Shown here piece after piece: positions 23,080-23,592 of a DNA stretch of 23,592 nucleotides (position 1 is its first letter; each line of letters opens with the position of its first letter). The stretch covers positions 1 to 23,592 of the forward strand of contig JABCSI010000021.1 in NCBI GenBank assembly GCA_018238965.1, read 5' to 3'. The notes under the pieces are model-generated. The model worked only from the letters and a program-made list of their open reading frames with translations, was not told the DNA's origin and made no database searches. The DNA is from Promethearchaeota archaeon. GTDB taxonomy: Archaea > Asgardarchaeota > Lokiarchaeia > Sigyniarchaeales > Promethearchaeaceae. A program made the position numbers and the translations under genes.

Positions 23080-23592
23080 ATGAATCCACCACTTCAATCA
23101 AATGATATCGATGAAATTGATGAGACAGAAATCGGAATTGCGCTTTCTTATAATCATAATGAGCTCGGTTCGCAATTTTTGGGTATTTCAATTAATTTTG
23201 CAGCATTTGATAGCATCCTGCAATATAATATTCTCCAAGACAGTATTTCCTCCCGAACCAATGATTTAGCCTTATTCGTCGATAGTAAACATGGAACTCC
23301 TTACACGATTCGGATAAAAAAGTTCAAAACTGTTGATCCTTTGAGTCCGAAGGGGTGGAAGCGTTTTACAATCGTACTGATAATTCCTTCCAACACACCA
23401 CATTTTGATATTGAAATCGATGCAATTGCCGAAGATTTTGGTGAAAAGATATCCCAAGGGATAGACATTGACCACTCTTTGAAGGCATGGTATATTCTTC
23501 TCAATGACTGTTTCGGAAGGGTCTGCCCACAAGCATATGTTGAATCGGTTCACCAGCTGGGGCCTCCAACTCCAATTTTGGATGTATTTTAG
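23080..23592 (+). CDS. Hypothetical protein (3'-truncated by the window end), possible longin/roadblock-like alpha-beta fold
   Basis: The ORF is open to the window end. The track start is ATG 22999. I prefer ATG 23080 (MNPPLQ...), which is preceded by aaGAGGaaaagaaaaaata. The pattern EIGIALSY/ELGSQFLGIS - FDSILQYNILQDSI - LALFVDS/YTIRIKKFK/RFTIVLIIP - IDAIAEDFGEKI is beta-beta-alpha-beta-beta-beta-alpha. No motif was recognised. Confidence 0.45.
   Translation: MNPPLQSNDIDEIDETEIGIALSYNHNELGSQFLGISINFAAFDSILQYNILQDSISSRTNDLALFVDSKHGTPYTIRIKKFKTVDPLSPKGWKRFTIVLIIPSNTPHFDIEIDAIAEDFGEKISQGIDIDHSLKAWYILLNDCFGRVCPQAYVESVHQLGPPTPILDVF

Overview
This is a gene-dense, visibly AT-rich chromosomal window with about 22 credible CDS. 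I found no rRNA, tRNA, CRISPR array, transposase or integrase. The content points to an archaeon, most plausibly an Asgard-type lineage. This is inference from gene content: a gelsolin-domain protein, a Roadblock/LC7 protein and longin-like folds. It also rests on A/T-rich TATA-like boxes about 15-30 nt upstream of several starts, oligo-T tracts after stops, and a three-gene FAD-dehydrogenase/NOX-like/DUF1667 operon. Layout from left to right follows. (1) Two translationally coupled HdrD/GlpC-like Fe-S CCG proteins, a PLP-dependent ACC-deaminase/D-cysteine-desulfhydrase-family enzyme and a large polytopic GT-C-like membrane protein. (2) Two paralogous DUF998-like membrane proteins flanking a GNAT acetyltransferase. 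(3) The most interesting block (8.3-13.2 kb): a YbjN-like gene, a longin-like gene, a 763-aa protein, a Roadblock/LC7 gene and a gelsolin-domain protein with an unassigned C-terminal half. The 763-aa protein has three beta-barrel repeats, an acidic hexapeptide tandem repeat and a complete-MIDAS vWA domain. No GTPase or actin gene lies nearby. (4) A bifunctional Nnr repair enzyme and an orphan TIGR02574-type antitoxin with a collapsed toxin remnant. (5) A glycerophosphodiester / glycerol-3-phosphate block: tandem GDPD paralogs, a membrane-anchored beta-helix protein and the GlpA-like/NOX-like/DUF1667 operon. (6) A malic enzyme, and a 3'-truncated hypothetical gene preceded by repeated CCAAT-containing motifs. 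All family calls come from motif recognition by eye. No database search was possible.
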